DNA from: Podarcis erhardii | Taxonomy: Eukaryota | Length of the DNA stretch: 64,000 bases | Reading direction: 5' to 3' (one strand) | Assembly (NCBI GenBank): GCA_964252035.1 | Contig: OZ176201.1 | Shown: in pieces, positions 10,132 through 23,010 of the stretch | How positions within the stretch are numbered: the stretch's first letter is position 1 | How the letters are laid out: each line of letters begins with the position of its first letter | Notes under the pieces: model-generated | Databases searched by the model: none | Seen by the model: only the letters and a program-made list of their open reading frames with translations | Told to the model about the DNA's origin: nothing | Made by a program: the position numbers and the translations under genes

Positions 10132-11608
10132 GACTAGAGAATCTTTGGGGCCTTCATGTGATGCTTCTTAGAGAGATTAGCTTCATGGCTATTCAATCAA
10201 AGATGGATATATATGCTGTTCTTGGTTTTGTGGCCTAGAACGGGGAAGTGTTATATGGGCTTACTGGATGAGATAATAATATGACATTCATGGAGGACTC
10301 TTTCTGCTTCATTGATGGAGTTCAGAGTGATGTTTCGGACATGTCAGGCAGTGATATTTTATTCTTGAGATTACATTAGAAATGGTTTGTCAGAGTCAAG
10401 GTGGGCTCATATGCTTTTAGAGGTTTAATATTAAGAACAGTATAATGGAAGTTTGGCCTTGAAGATCAAGTGTTTTAACGTCAGTTGAATCCCAGGCAAT
10501 TCCTGAATACAATGTGTATTATTTTTCTTCCCAGCATTTGAAGGCTCTTGTAAGCCTTTTCTTTAGAAGGTTCTGGAAAGTCTCTCTCTTTCCCCGCCTT
10601 AGATCGTCCACCTCCCCATGACCAAGCTATGGGGTCAGATGTGAGATACCCTATTAGTTATTTTTAGCAAGAGTGAAGGTCATGAGAAATGGAATGGCAT
10701 TGTCTTACTGAGTTGCTGGCACTTCCTGAGTTGAGATGTTTCCTCCCCCTCTTTCAATGTGATACATTAAAGGTCAGCTGCCCCCTTTCACTGGAACGCT
10801 GCACTGGATAGATTCTTCTGTGTGTATTTTGATGAGGTTTGTATTTTGATGAAATCTTCCTTTTGGAAATGGAGCTGGGGGTGTGAGGAAAATCTCAATA
10901 TCTTGAAGAGTCATTTTGTTAAGCCTGGAAAACACAGCGGCCTCTTAACTCAGCTTGTCATTGAATGTGTTGGAGCCAAGTGCGTAAAGGTAGATTGAAA
11001 TAGGCTCATGATTAAGGTTCCCCAAAGTTATTGGCAATACAAAACACAGCCCAGTCATCAGATGTTGCTTGAAAGCCAATGGTATATTCAACCAAAAGCA
11101 TAGACTTCTGTACAGTACAGGGTTCCACAAAGTTTGAAAATTGCTCAGCCCTGTATGAAGTGATGGAGAACTTGAGGGAGTGGCAGTGGTGGTATTTCTC
11201 ATACATGGCATGAAGTGAGAAAATTTCCCCCTCCTCGCCTCCCACAATATGAGTGTTCAGTTGTGGGTAGAGAACTCTGGGAGGGTTTTCCTGCCACGCT
11301 TGTGCATAAATACATTTGCCAGGGAACTGATTCCCTGATTGCCAGTGACAACCTAATAAGCCCTCTTGGCGTAATACAACCATCATCAACCTCGTTCCCT
11401 CCAGATATTGCGCTCCATCAACTGTAGCCAGCATAGCCAAGCCATTGGTCTGGGATGATGGGAAATGTTGTCCAACAGCATATGGAACCCACCAAGTTAG
11501 GAAAAGCTGGTATATAATAGCTCAAGCGTCTGCCTCCAAATCCTCATGTTGATGTCCTGAAAAAGTCAACCATATGTACTGCTGATTTTGAATTTGTAAA
11601 ATACTGTA

Positions 11609-11826
11609 CAGTCGTACCTCGGCTCCCGAATGCCGCAAATGCGGAAGTGAGTGTTCCGGTTTGCAAACGTTCTTTGGAAGCCAAACGTCCGATGGGGCTT
11701 CCACGGCTTCAGATTGACTGCAAGAGCTTCCTGCAGTCAATCCTAAGCCGCACCTTGGTTTCCAAATGTTTTGGAACTTGAACGGACTTCCGGAACTGAT
11801 TCTGTTCAAATTCCAAGGTACCACTG
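11609..11826. mobile_element. Tigger/mariner-like MITE
   Basis: cagtcgtacctcgg ... ccaaggtaccactg with TA on both sides. Confidence 0.8.
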
Positions 11827-11914
11827 TACTGTTTTCAAGTGGCTCTTCAAGATGTCGGGCTTATAGTAACAATAAGTGATTTTAATGCCATGTGTGTCTA
11901 TACTCCTGCTTTTT

Positions 11915-12493
11915 ATTTTATTTTTTTAAATAATATTTATTAAAGTTTTAAATGTTACAAAAAGAGAAAGAGATAACTCCAAGTTAAACCAAAACTTGAC
12001 AACACATCACAATAATGAAAGAGAATAGAAAAAAAATAGAAGAAAAAAGAATTTTTTTTTTTATAAAAAACAGAAAAATAGAAACAATTAAAAAACACAA
12101 CGAACCTTCCCATAACTTATCTTTCATTTGCTTGTTTCCTTGACCTCCTCGCACCTCCCTTTTTTGTATTCTAGTTCGGTTAGCTATTTCAGCAAATCCT
12201 TTCCATCTTTCCCAATTTTTATCCTATAATTTATCTTAATATAATGTAACTTTACCTTTCCTCCTTTCATCCATTAACAATCTATTTTTACTTAATCCTT
12301 TATAATATTTCTGCTAAAGCCACATAACTTCATTCCAGCCTCCTTCTAACATTCCTTAATTTTACAATGTTTCTGTAGATAAACTTTAAATTTCTTCCAA
12401 TCTTCTTCCACCGACTCTTCTCCCTGGTCTCGGATTCTGCCAGTCATTTCCGCCAGTTCCATATAGTCCATCACCTTCATCTGCCATTCTTCC
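11915..12493 (-). mobile_element. L1-like LINE, 5'-truncated
   Basis: Encodes REEWQMKVMDYMELAEMTGRIRDQGEESVEEDWKKFKVYL (L1 ORF2 C-terminus-like); 17-bp TSD ctatactcctgcttttt at 11898-11914 and 12494-12510. Confidence 0.8.
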
Positions 12494-13434
12494 CTATACT
12501 CCTGCTTTTTAGAGTTGGACACTTGCCTATTCTGTGTATTTGCCCAGTGTAACCTGCATGGTGATATAGAGTTCACAAGAGGATACATGAGAATGATTAT
12601 GTGATAGTTTGGAAGGTGGTGTTAGGCCCAGTAAAACGGTCCTAGAGTAGATGAGGGAACAGCTTGCCTTGGAGTTGAATCAAAGACGTGTCTTCTTTGC
12701 CTCAGAACAAGTGATGTCATAATGACTTTTCAAGAAGGTTATCTTTCAGAGTCTGATGTATGAAAAGTCTGAATTATGGTGAGAACATAGAAGAGGCCAC
12801 AAAGAAACATAACTGAGGCAGAATTCTTCTGTAATTGTTTAGGATGGTGCATTTCACACTTGCTAAAAACAAAGCTCTCATCTAGCATATCTGCACTTGA
12901 GAGCAAATTCAAACATAGTATTCTTACCCCAGTGATATGAAATAAAGAAGCCACTTTTTTACATGGATGAGCAGTAATCTGCTCCTGATTTATTCGACAG
13001 CATGTTCCATTGCTGCCAAATGAATGGTCTGAGTTGTCTGTCATCCTCAGTTACAGAACAGGCTGATTCTGACTAGTTCAAGAAGTGCAAACAGTGTTGG
13101 AAACAAAGATATATAAGTTAATTGCCAAATGGCATCATAATCCTAAATTATGGTCACCACAATTTGGCCTATGTGCCATTTTCCCTCCCTGAAACATTAT
13201 TACTATTATTATTATTAATTTCATGTCTATGTCATTTTATATTATAAAGGGGGGAAATCTCAAAGCTGTTTATAACACATTAAAACATTAAATAAAACAA
13301 GCCAGAATAAAACAAATTCAAGCTTCAAGGAAAATATAGCAGATCCTTATCTAAGTGACATTTTGCTTTCCCCATATTTATTTAGCTACTTAATTTATAT
13401 AGTTGCACCATAGCAGAAGCACTCTTAAGAAGAC

Positions 13435-14236
13435 AGTGTGGTGTAGTGGTTAGAGGGTCAGACTAGGACCTGGGAGATCAGGGTTCAAATCCCCACTCAG
13501 TCATGAAGCTGACTGGGTGACCTTGGGCCAGTCACAGCCTCTTAATCATAGGATCGTAGAGTTGGAAGAGACCCCCAAGGGCCATTGAGTCCAACCCCCT
13601 GCCAAGCAGGAAGCTCCATCAGAGCACTCCTGACATATGGTTGTCAAGCCTCTGCTTAAAGACCTCCAAAGAAGGAGACTCGACCACACTCCTTGGCAGC
13701 AAATTCCACTGTCGAACAGCTCTTACTGTCAGGAAGTTCTTCCTAATGTTTAGGTGGAATCTTCTTTCTTGTAGTTTGGAACCATTGCTCCGTGTCCGCT
13801 TCTCTGGAGCAGCAGAAAACAACCTTCCTCCCTCCTCTATGTGACATCCTTCTATATATTTGAACATGGCTATCATATCACCCCTTAACCTCCTCTTCTC
13901 CAGGCTAAACATGCCCAGCTCCTTTAGCCGTTCCTCATAAGGCATCGTTTCCAGGCCTTTGACCATTTTGGTTGCCTTCCTCTGGACACGTTCCAGTTTG
14001 TCAGTGTCCTTCTTGAACTGTGGTGCCCAGAACTGGACACAGTACTCCACGTGAGGTCTGACCAGAGCAGAATACAGTGGCACTATTACTTCCCTTGATC
14101 TAGATGCTATACTCCTATTGATGCAGCCCATCTACCTCACAGGGTCATTGTAGGGATTGATTGATTGATTGATTGATTGAGGGAGGTGAACCATGTCATC
14201 CTTGGAGGAAAAGATGGGATATAATGCAATAAATAA
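13435..14236 (+). mobile_element. Squam3-like tRNA-derived SINE split by a CR1 insertion
   Basis: Head gtgtggtgtagtggttagag...ggttcaaatcccc (13435-13543) resumes as ctacctcacaggg...aataaataa (14130-14236); intact copy at 30780-30990. Confidence 0.75.
13546..14129 (-). mobile_element. CR1 LINE 3' fragment (ORF2 C-terminus)
   Basis: 170-aa [39 protein letters not shown]...[14 protein letters not shown]...LEVFKQRLD is typical of CR1 RT C-termini. Confidence 0.92.
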
Positions 14237-16512
14237 GCTCTTCTGCTGACCTGCTTATGAAAGCTGGAGGAGCCAGCCAGATGGAGATGTCAGTTGCCAC
14301 TCTGCCATCCATAAATCTCCACATGGTCGCAGTTGGATCTGCGCCAGTCGCAAAATGTGCCTGGCACCTGGGGAATTTTAAACTCTGAAAAAGGACTAAA
14401 GACAAGTTAACCCTATTAAAAATATGTCTGACCTTTGAACCCCTCTGAAATAGAGGAGAAGCATCAGGCCAACAGACATGATGCAATTAAAAATAAATAT
14501 TGAGGGAAAAATTGTAGATGGGTTAACCAGAAAAATCTCTCTAAATGCAATATAGTTATCAATAAAATTATTACTAATGGAACACAAAATCAAGATTCAT
14601 TCCTGCCTTTCTTCCAAAGCTCTCAAGAAAGGGTGTGTATGGTTCTCCCTTCTCTCTCTCTCTCTCTCTCTTTTTTTTTTTTCAATCACAGCTCCCTTAG
14701 GTTAGGCTGAGAGAGAGCAGCTGGCCCATGTTTTACCTGGGGTTTGAACTCTGTGCTCCCATGCCCTTGTCCAACTGGTTTCCTAAGCAGTGCACGCTTA
14801 AACTAGTTGCAATAAGACTGTGGTCGTGATTGTCCTCTGATCTCAGTTGTAGGTTCAGCTCACAAACGTTATTTAACCTATGTGATTAACCTATTCTCTG
14901 GAGTATGGTGACAGGGCGATCCGATGTTGTCGCTTAGAAGCTGTGTCTTGTTATCTGAATGACTTAATTGGTTTATAGTGCAGCAAAACACATTGACTGG
15001 GCTCAGGCAAATGGGCTGAGAGGTAAGTGAGCCTTGTTGCATGCAGTCTCCAGTTAACAGTAACGTCCTCTTGAAGCATGGTTACCACCTTTGGAACAAA
15101 CCCATGGTTTGATGTTGCTTTTAAATCCTGGAAGAGGGAGGAGAGTAGGTGCTATCTCAGCATAAGGCTATCTCAGCTTCTTAAACCTGCATGACCACCT
15201 GAACCTAGCTGTGTAGGGTCACACTTGCAGTTGCTTATCATTTTTGCTACTCCCTCCTCCTAGTTTATTTCTTTGGAAATTTGTAGATATGTGCAGAGCA
15301 TGTTATTTATTGCTCTTTTTCCCCTATTCAAAGTGCGGCGACATCCCCTCTTGTGACATTCTTGGAAGTTGGTTCCAAATCCTAGCGTACACATTTGAAA
15401 AAGGAGCTCTTTGTTTGGCAGAGCCCTTGGTGCCTTGACAAGAGCTTGTGTGGTCCACTGGGTGTGTGTTCAGTGTTGGTACTGGGTCTGGCCAAAAGCT
15501 TATTTTGGATTCCACCCATAGACAACAGGATAGCTCTGTGCTCAAAGCAACCTGACCAGACCTGTCCCTCAAAAATAATGGCTTGTTCAATTTATTCTGT
15601 AGGGTATCTGTGTTCCGGTCAGTATTTAATTGCCTTGTACGGAGCACGATCCACACTACTGACCCTACAGTAGTTTGCAATGGGAACATTATAGTGGTGT
15701 TGCTTTGGGATATTCCCCATCTTTGTTTGTTTTTCTGGCAGGAGAGCAGTAAGTATGGGGTACTTGCAGAGCCTCTACGTTCCTTGGCATCTTCGGATGA
15801 CATCACTCAATACTAGTGCAGTTTGCTTCTCTCTGCAGTGATGGTGCCATGTCATTCTGGGCACCATCACGCCTGCTGTATATGTGGTAACTTTGTGAAA
15901 TTGGACACTCAGGGAATTCTTGATGAGGTTATTCTATTGCAGAGGTTATTCTATTGCAGAAGGGTATGAGATCACAAACAGTCTGATTCTCCACCCCACC
16001 CCCTGCCGCCGACAAGAAAAATGCAATTTAAGAAAGAAGATATGTACACTCCCTTATTTCTGAGGCTCACGCCAGCTTTCTTTGATAATTGACGGTTCTT
16101 AATTTTTCAAAAAAAGATGTGTCTTTGATTTACTTCTGTAGAGTCCCAAAATAGCATGAGCTTTTTGCAGCAATACAGAGGGAGTTTGTGCTAGTGGGAG
16201 CCCCAGGCCTGCAGATGGGGCCATGTTGTCGTCCCTGGCTGCTCCCCTCGCTCATGGGCTTTTTGGTGTGAGGAAGGGGGCAAAGGCTCCCTGCCGTCAG
16301 TGTTGGCTCACCTATTGCAGTTGACTGGCTAAAGCTGGGCTTCCCGGGGTTCATGTGAGCACCACAGGGCACTCGGATGCCCCACTTTGGCACCCACCTC
16401 TGGCCCCTCCCTTTACACTTCATTGGGCAAGTCTAGAATGAATCATGCAGAGACACAGTGGGCAGCCTCCCTTGTGGATGAGGGCCTTCGGTTCCCACTA
16501 GTTTTTGATTTA

Positions 16513-16750
16513 CAGTGGATGCTCGGGTTGCGAACGTGATCCGTGCGGGGTGCATGTCCGCAACCCGCAGCGGCACGTCTGTGCACGCATGGGTTGCTAT
16601 TCGGCGCTTCTGCACAAAGCGCAATTTACCGTGTCTGCGCATGCGCGACCGCCGAAACCCGGAAATAACCCGTTCCGGTACTTCCGGGTTTCGGCGGTCC
16701 GCAACCCAAAAAAACAAAACCTGAAGCGTCTGTAACCTGAGATATGACTG
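16513..16750. mobile_element. Tigger-like MITE with degenerate TIRs
   Basis: ta|cagtggatgctcgggtt ... aacctgagatatgactg; CpG-rich interior. Confidence 0.6.
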
Positions 16751-16871
16751 GCATCCAATCTTACAAATTTGGGCAAGAACCATGTATTTGGAGCCTTATT
16801 TTTGTAAATTGTCATCTCATGAGCGTAGCCAGGATTTATGGTGGGGTGGGGTGCAGAACCTCAGTTAAGTA

Positions 16872-17835
16872 CAGTGGTGCCTCGCAAGACGAAATTAATT
16901 CGTTCCGCAAGTTTTTTTGTCTTGCGAGTTTTTCGTCTTGCGAAGCACGGTTTCCCATAGGAATGCATTGAAAATCAATCAATGCGTTCCTAAGGAAACC
17001 GCCTTCAGTCCAGGTCCGGGGACAGTCTGTCCCCCGACCTATTCTGAAGGCTGGGGGGGGGGACAAGGGCTTTTCTTCCCACCCCCAGCATTTTAAAAAA
17101 ACCCTGGGACAGCAGAGGACTTCTCCGCTGTCCCGGGGTTTTTTAAAATGCTGGCGGGCGGCAGCGCTGCCGCCCACCAGCATTTTAAGATTCTCCGCTG
17201 TCCCGGGGCGATTTCAAAGCCCCCGGGAAGGTAGGCGGGGGGGGAGCAAAGACTTTCGCCCCCCGCCAGCCTTCAGAAGAGGTCCAGGACCTCTTCTGAA
17301 GGCCGGTGGGGGGCGAAAGTCTTTGCTCCCCCCCCCCGCCGCCTGCCTTCAAAAGCCGTCTGGGAAAGCGGAGAAAGCGCTGCGTTTCTCCGCTCTCCCG
17401 GGAAGGCAGGCAGGGGGGAGCAAAGACTTTTGCCCCCCGCCGGCCTTCAGAAGAGGTCCTGGACCTCTTCTGAAGGCCGGTGGGGGGCGAAAGTCTTTGC
17501 TCCCCCCCGCCGCCTGCCTTCAAAAGCCGTCCGGGATAGCGGGAAGCGCTTCCCTGCTATCCCGGACCGCTTTTAAAATGCTGGCGGTGGGGAGCAAAGC
17601 CTTTCGGCCCCCGCCGGCCTTCCTGGACCTCTTCTGAAGGCCGGAGGGGGGGGAAAGGCTTTGCTCCCCACCGCCAGCATTTTAAAGAGGTCCCCGGAGA
17701 TTTCCCTATGGGCTTTCTTCTTGCGAAGCAAGCCCATAGGGAAATTCGTCTTGCGAAGCGCCTCAAAAAACGGAAAACCCTTTCGTCTTGCGGGTTTTTC
17801 GTCTTGCGAGGCATTCGTCTTGCGGGGCACCACTG
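16872..17835 (+). mobile_element. Non-autonomous mariner/pogo element with GC-rich palindromic interior (copy A)
   Basis: TIR cagtggtgcctcgcaagacgaa / ttcgtcttgcggggcaccactg; TA TSD; internal hairpin repeats; no transposase. Confidence 0.88.
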
Positions 17836-18670
17836 TATTTTGAATTGATTTACTTGATTTAGAGGGGGCAGCTCCGCCCCGCCCCCACTCGTGTCATCTC
17901 TTGGTGGGGTGTTTCCTTTTTTTAATTCCATCTCTCTTGTCTCTCTCTGCCTCCCTTTAGTAGAGAGAGTCCCAATAGGTGAGCCTTGTATCCCTTTGTC
18001 TGTCAGTCTGCTGTGACAGTTTACTATGAGATAGTAGGTAGCACCATGATTTCAGTACGTTCCAATGTCAGCATTTGCTGGAATTGCTCTTCCAGTGAAA
18101 TTAAGGTCATGGCAGGAAGCTTGCACTTTCCTGTCTCTGTTTCAGGTTGCCTTCAAACTCTGGAAGACAATACAGCATTGCATTACATGGAGAACGGCCT
18201 GTGTGCGAGCACTCTGTGTCGGCTTTGTTCACAAATGCTTCCTTCTAAAAGGAGCTTCCTTTTAAAAACCGAATACTGGTATTAGGAAAAGAAATTGCAA
18301 TATGCCAATCACAAGACTATATCTAGAGAGTCTCCTGTCTTATATCCCGAGCTTAGAAGGAGGATTTTAGACCGAGAGTTATTTTAAAATGGAGATCATC
18401 TTATCTTGACAAAATGACTTTTAAAATACGTCTCGGAGTTTGCAGAATGATAATCACTGTGATGGAAGCCTTGACATTGCCAACTACAGCTCATGAAACC
18501 TTCCTTAAAGGGAAGGGAAGGAGGAAACAATCAACCCCTTACCCATAATAATAAAAAAGTGTTTTTAAAGGTTGGTGGAGATATACACGGGACTTGCCTC
18601 TTGTGTGTTAGACAGACTTCCCCCTTCCCCTTCTCAGTTTCACAGTTAACTATCTTCAGATTTGCTTCTG

Positions 18671-18672
<2 letters not shown>

Positions 18673-18707
<35 letters not shown>
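18673..18707. repeat. (TG)n microsatellite
   Basis: About 17 TG units. Confidence 0.95.
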
Positions 18708-18711
<4 letters not shown>

Positions 18712-19603
18712 GTGTTTGCTAACAGTACTTGGGGCCAAACCATGATTGGAAGCAGGTTTGCATAGTGCTTTTAACCATAGTTCCAAAACTGTGAAAGGGA
18801 GGGGAGCACTGGCGGTGTGGGTGAACCTGAGCAGGGCTGCTGCTTTTTCTTTCCATCATAGCTTAGAGGCTGGACAGAGTTGCATCTGTGCCAGGCCCCA
18901 ATAGGTGACAAGCCCTGACAATCCAGTTCTGAACTGGGACCAATTCAGCCAGCTATGGAAGGAAGGCTTTGAATATGTTGCAGCCTTGTGATTTTGGGGT
19001 GTGCTTTCTGGAAGACCCACACCTTTTCATTTTGCCTTCTTTGCTTTTGTAGTCTGGCATTACACATCAGGCTGGTTATTAAAGCTTGTATTTCTGGGAA
19101 GCTAAGCAGTGACGATTTCGCAGATGTTCTAAGATGGGCCCTGGGAATGGGAGAGAACTGATAAGAAAATGGAGAAAATAGCAAGATGTTGCCAGGAACA
19201 CTTGCAACTGGAATGAGTTTCCTCTGGGGATGAAGGTTTGAAACCTGAATTGCAACCAATTACTAAGGGGGATTGTTGAGTGCTTCCTGCAGGCATAGGA
19301 AACTTCTTCATACTGAGTCAGACCCTTGATCCAGCTAGCGCAGTATTGTCTACCCTCGCACGCAATGGCTCTCCAGGGCTACAGCACCAGGTCCTCTTCC
19401 TAGCCCTACCTTGAGATGCCAAGGATCAAGGGATCTTCTGCATAGAAAGCAGATGCTCTACCATGAATATAGGTGATTGGGAAGACTAGCAATTATTTTG
19501 AATCCAGCCTAAAATGCTGCCAAACCCTGTAGTTCGCATGCTGAAAGTGCTGAGGCTACATTGGTTTCCTCTGGCTGGATGCTTGGGCAGTCGAGAAGAC
19601 ATA

Positions 19604-20587
19604 CAGTGGTGCCTCGCAAGACGAAATTAATTCGTTTCGCAAGTTTTTTGTCTTGCGAAGCACGGTTTCCCATAGGAATGCATTGAAAATCAATCAATGC
19701 GTTCCTATGGAAACCGCCTTCAGACCAGCTCCAGGGACAGTCTGTCCCCCGACCTCTTCTGAAGGCTGGGGGGGGGGGGAACAAGGGCTTTTCTTCCCAC
19801 CCCCAGCCTTCAGAAGGCTTTTCTGAAGGCTGGCGGTGGTAAGAAAAGCCCTTCTCCCCACCTCCCGCCCCGCAAGCTCCGGGGACAGGAGGGCTTTGCT
19901 GCCGACCCCCAGCATTTTAAAAGCCCCCGAGACAGCGGAGACTTCTCCGCTGTCCCGGGGCGATCTTAAAATGCTGGCGGGCGGCAGCGAAGCCTTCGCT
20001 GCTGACCTCCAGCATTTTAAAAGCCCCCGGGACAGCGGAGGTCTTCTGAAGGCCGGCGGTGGGCGAAAGTCTTTGCTTCCCCCCCCCCTGCCTTCAAAAG
20101 CCGTCCGGGATAGCGGAGAAACGCGCAGGGCTTCTCCGCTATCCCGGGAAGGCAGGCGGGGGGGAGCAAAGACTTTTGGCCCCCCGCCGGCCTTCAGAAG
20201 AGGTCCAGGACCTCTTCTGAAGGCCGGAGGGGGGCGAAAGGCTTTGCTCCCCACCGCCAGCATTTTAAAAGCGGTCCGGGATAGCTGGAAAGCGCAGCGC
20301 ACTTCCCTGCTATCCCGGACCGCTTTTAAAATGCTGGCGGTGGGGAGCAAAGCCTTTCGGCCCCCGCCGGCCTTCCTGGACCTCTTCTGAAGGCCGGAGG
20401 CAGGCGAAAGGCTTTGCTCCCCACCGCCAGCATTTTAAAGAGGTCCCCGGAGATTTCCCTATGGGCTTTCTTCTTGCGAAGCAAGCCCATAGGGAAATTC
20501 GTCTTGCGGAACGACTCAAAAACGGAAAACTCTTTCGTCTTGTGAGTTTTTCGTTTTGCGAGGCGTTCGTCTTGCAAGGCACCACTG
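19604..20587 (+). mobile_element. Non-autonomous mariner/pogo element (copy B)
   Basis: Same TIRs, TA TSD and interior motifs as copy A, same orientation. Confidence 0.88.
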
Positions 20588-22136
20588 TATTGGCGATTGG
20601 TTTGATATTGGCTCTGGCAATGTGTAGTCTCTGCAAATTGGCACTTTCCGTTATGGGATGCTTTCCCATTCTTCCGCCATAGTACTGAAACCAGCATCTG
20701 ATGAAACTGCTAAGCAGACACATGTTTCAACAAGGCAGAGGGGATGTTTGAGCTGTGTGTGAAGTGTAACTGGGGTGGGGAGCAGTGATGGAGATGGGGA
20801 GTTTGGGTTGGTAGCAGAGTAAAGCTTGACAGCCTGTTTTGTGGAAGGAAGAGAGCGAGGTAGAGAATAGTGTTCAAGTTGCAAAGTCTGGCGTGAGAGA
20901 AAGGTGCAAAGCGAAAAGTGCATTCTGTGGAGCAGAGTGTGTGTAGGGCAGGGATGGGGATCCTGTGGATCTCTTGGATGTTCCTGGTCGAGAACTCCCG
21001 TCATCATTGGCCAGGCTAGCTGCAGCTGATGGGAGTTAGAGTCCAGCCATATCGAGAACACCACAGGTTCCCTAACCCTGACGTAGGGGAATAAAAGGAG
21101 GTAGGAGACTCTTGAATGTAATCACAAAGAGTCATTGAGCTGTTAAAGTACCAAGGCAGACTTAGGAAAGAGTAAAGAGTGCTGAACTGAAAAGACACAC
21201 ACACACATACACACAGACCGGTTCTCATTTCGGTCAATTGAGTGTGAAGGATGAAATCTGTGTACTACTTTCAAAGGTATACAGAACAGCGTCAATTGAA
21301 ATAAAAACGACCACAAACTTAAGGACTCTTTTGTGGTGGAGGTCAGAGAGCAGCAATCCCCCCCCCCCCCAATGTAAGCATGGTCTACGAGGAAAAACAG
21401 CCCTTGCAGGCATTTTCAATACACATAAATTCATCCCTGAAGTAATCTGAGATTGGCTTTCTCTTGACTGTCCTGGCTCCTTTACCATGGCAGAGGTGTT
21501 CAGTAGCATCCACACCTAGAGAGCAGGATCTCTTGCTTCTCTGGGTGAAATAGTGTTCTAGGGCAGCAGGGCAGATGGGAGCTGTAGTTCAAAACCAGAT
21601 TGGCAAAGGCTGAGCTAGAGGGTATAAAAGCAGCTCACTGCTCCCTCCCAGTAACCCCACGTTGGGTCCAAGCTTGTGCCAGTTCCTGTCTTCAGATGGG
21701 GTTGGGGTCGGTAATTAAAAGGCTCCAAGTAGGAGTATTGGCCTCACACCCCCCCACTTCTCTTTCTCTCCCCCTTTTGACTGTAGTCAGTGGTTTAAGC
21801 TCCTTGTTTGACTGCCTCAATTATGTGATAGGGCTACTCCTACATGCATTTCTCTGCCAGCACTTGGCCAGTGGTACTTAACTGCTTGAATCTCTTTCTT
21901 GTTTGCTGCATTGTGTGTGAGATGTCACCGGGGTTGGAAGTCTGCCTACTTGCATACCATTGCAAGAGAAGTTATGAGGTAGGGGGAGGATCACAAAGTT
22001 TCTTGCATGTTTTGTTTAATGCTTTATATTTCACTTCAGTCACTTTTTGCAGAGAATTCAATTAATAAATCTATACGTAAATTAATTTGGGGCTGGCAAG
22101 AAGTTTGCCGTTCATCAAGCATGCAGGTTGTAGCAT

Positions 22137-23010
22137 GTTGTTGTTGTTGTTTAGTCGTTTAGTCGTGTCCGACTCTTCGTGACCCCATGGACCAGAGCAC
22201 GCCAGGCATTTCTGTCTTCCGCTGCCTCCTGCAGTTTGGTCAGACTCATGTTTGTAGCTTCGAGAACACTGTCCCACCATCTCGTCCTCTGTCGCCCCCT
22301 TCTCCTTGTGCCCTCCATCTTTCCCAACATCAGGGTCTTTTCCAGGGAGTCTTCTCTTCTCATGAGGTGGCCAAAGTACTGGAGCCTCAGCTTCACGGTC
22401 TGTCCTTCCAGTGAGCACTCAGGGCTGATTTCCTTAAGAATGGATACGTTTGATCTTCTTGCAGTCCATGGGACTCTCAAGAGTCTCCTCCAGCACCATA
22501 ATTCAAAAGCATCAATTCTTTGGCGATCAGCCTTCTTTATGGTCCAGCTCTCACTTCCATACATCACTACTGGGATGTAGTAAAAACCATAGCTTTTACT
22601 ATACGGACCTTTGTTGGCAAGGTGATGTCTGCTTTTTAAGATGCTGTCTAGGTTTGTCATTGCTTTTCTCCCAAGAAGCAGGCGTCTTTTAATTTCGTGA
22701 CTGCTGTCACCATCTGCAGTGATCATGGAGCCCAAGAAAGTAAAATCTCTTACTGCCTCCATTTCTTCCCCTTCTATTTGCCAGGAGGTGATGGGACCAG
22801 TGGCCATGATCTTTGTTTTTTTGATGTTGAGCTTCAGACCATATTTTGCGCTCTCCTCTTTCACCTTCAATAAAAGGTTCTTTAATTCCTCCTCACTTTC
22901 TGCCATCAAGGTTGTGTCATCTGCATATCTGAGGTTGTTGATATTTCTTCCGGCAATCTTAATTCCGGCTTCGGATTCATCCAGCTCAGCTGTATGATTC
23001 ATCCAGCCCA
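22137..23010 (-). mobile_element. BovB LINE, 5'-truncated, RT C-terminal half
   Basis: GIKIAGRNINNLRYADDTTL motif; (CAA)n tail; 10-bp TSD gttgtagcat at 22127-22136 and 23011-23020. Confidence 0.95.

Noticed and set aside
16620-16700. NRF1 (GCGCATGCGC) and ETS (CCGGAA) motifs as an intronic promoter
   Set aside because: They lie within a MITE interior; no independent evidence of function from sequence alone.
19694-20723. Long ORFs inside the mariner-type elements as a possible transposase
   Set aside because: No DDE/D or HTH motifs; repetitive translation of GC-rich internal repeats.
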